DNA of 64,000 nt from an uncultured Verrucomicrobiota bacterium (GTDB lineage Bacteria; Verrucomicrobiota; Verrucomicrobiia; Limisphaerales; UBA9464). This document shows, in pieces, positions 63,581 to 64,000 of the stretch. Position numbers and translations under genes: made by a program. How positions within the stretch are numbered: position 1 is the stretch's first letter; each line of letters opens with the position of its first letter. The notes under the pieces were generated by a model, which did not search any database, was not told where the DNA came from, and was given only the letters and a program-made list of their open reading frames with translations. The stretch spans positions 13,910 through 77,909 of the forward strand of contig CAIRNV010000316.1 of assembly GCA_903880005.1 (NCBI GenBank). The letters are read 5' to 3'.

Positions 63581-63714
63581 GGCTAAGCCAGACTCAGCCC
63601 GGCACACTTCACGCCAGCCCGGGAACGCCACGGAACCATGCTGCCGGCCATCAACCCCCATCGCCCCACCCCAAAAAGGCAAAGGGACAAAGAACCAAAG
63701 GCCAAAGGCCAAAA

Positions 63715-64000
63715 TCACCCACCAGACGCCGACACACGCACGCACACCACCCGAAACCCGACGTAGTCGTACGAGTTCCACGGGTCGCCGTCGAGGCGCG
63801 CCGCACACCGCAGGACCTCGGGAACGACGAAGCCCCACGACCCGCCCCGCAGCACGCGCGACGTCTCGGAATCCGGATCGGGAACGGGCTCGCCCGCGTC
63901 GTCCATCGGCGTGTCCGCCCACGCGCTTCGCGTCCATTCCCAGACATTCCCAATGATGTCGTCGGCACCACACCACGACCGTCCAAGGGGGTACAACCCC
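63715..64000 (-). CDS. FGE-sulfatase / SUMF1-type domain protein, C-terminal part (continues beyond window)
   Basis: GNVWEWT...RVLRGGSW...YVGFRVVC is the C-terminal signature of formylglycine-generating-enzyme-fold proteins. Stop TGA at 63715-63717. The frame is open to the window end. Confidence 0.7.
   Translation of the reverse strand, partial: GLYPLGRSWCGADDIIGNVWEWTRSAWADTPMDDAGEPVPDPDSETSRVLRGGSWGFVVPEVLRCAARLDGDPWNSYDYVGFRVVCVRVSASGG

Noticed and set aside
62056-63976. ORFs crossing the 21-bp array and the 53-bp repeats (62694-63317 +, 62056-63138 -, 62774-63976 -), which translate into heptad-like repeats
   Set aside because: There is no ATG start; the + ORF begins at TTG. Third-position G/C is much lower than in neighbouring genes, and the sequence outside the array is Arg/Pro/Gly junk. 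One ORF also runs antisense into the FGE-fold gene. I kept the region as a non-coding repeat finding and flagged the coding possibility there.
63715-64000. Diversity-generating retroelement target, since FGE/C-type-lectin folds often carry DGR variable regions at their C-termini
   Set aside because: I looked downstream (62950-63714) and elsewhere for a template repeat resembling the …RGGSWGFVVPEVLRCAARLDGDPWNSYDYVGFRVV coding stretch, and for a reverse transcriptase, and found neither. The rest of the gene lies outside the window, so this cannot be excluded for the full locus.

Overview
Very GC-rich window (judged by eye, not computed) with a gene set typical of the PVC superphylum, Verrucomicrobiota or Planctomycetota. 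That placement rests on the PSCyt/DUF1553+DUF1501 pair, giant FG-GAP/ASPIC proteins, a PEP-CTERM protein, a prepilin-like H-X9-D protein and LpxI. I call about 46 protein genes, one tRNA-Arg(ACG), one short gene remnant and four kinds of non-coding repeat. Coding content, in order: a MoxR-DUF58-SpoIIM-like-RDD operon; a 1173-aa beta-helix protein; housekeeping genes (nadB, cysE, lpxI, dacB, hemB, mtnA, and UbiD-family, HIT, GNAT and SMP-30 genes); three tandem, translationally coupled ~1200-aa FG-GAP/ASPIC paralogues (11.2 kb); a surface-protein cluster (Cys-motif membrane protein, PEP-CTERM, pseudopilin-like, secreted protein, TPR lipoprotein); a GalU-like gene plus a GHMP-kinase-like::UDPGP-pyrophosphorylase fusion; a Rieske-glycosyltransferase pair; and an ABC cluster with two internally duplicated ABC-2 permeases and a 728-aa membrane protein. 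The least expected signals are non-coding. First, a ~150-165 bp imperfect-palindrome element occurs in six same-strand copies, all at gene boundaries. Second, another element with 25-31 bp terminal inverted repeats occurs in a 75-bp and a 240-bp form. Third, an array of 11 diverged units keeps an exact 21-bp spacing upstream of a CBM9-like gene. Fourth, there are two 53-bp hairpin repeats. No CRISPR array, transposase, integrase, reverse transcriptase or recognisable defence system was seen. Most long ORFs in the supplied track are antisense or off-frame shadows of the real genes. All family names come from motif recognition by eye and need HMM confirmation.
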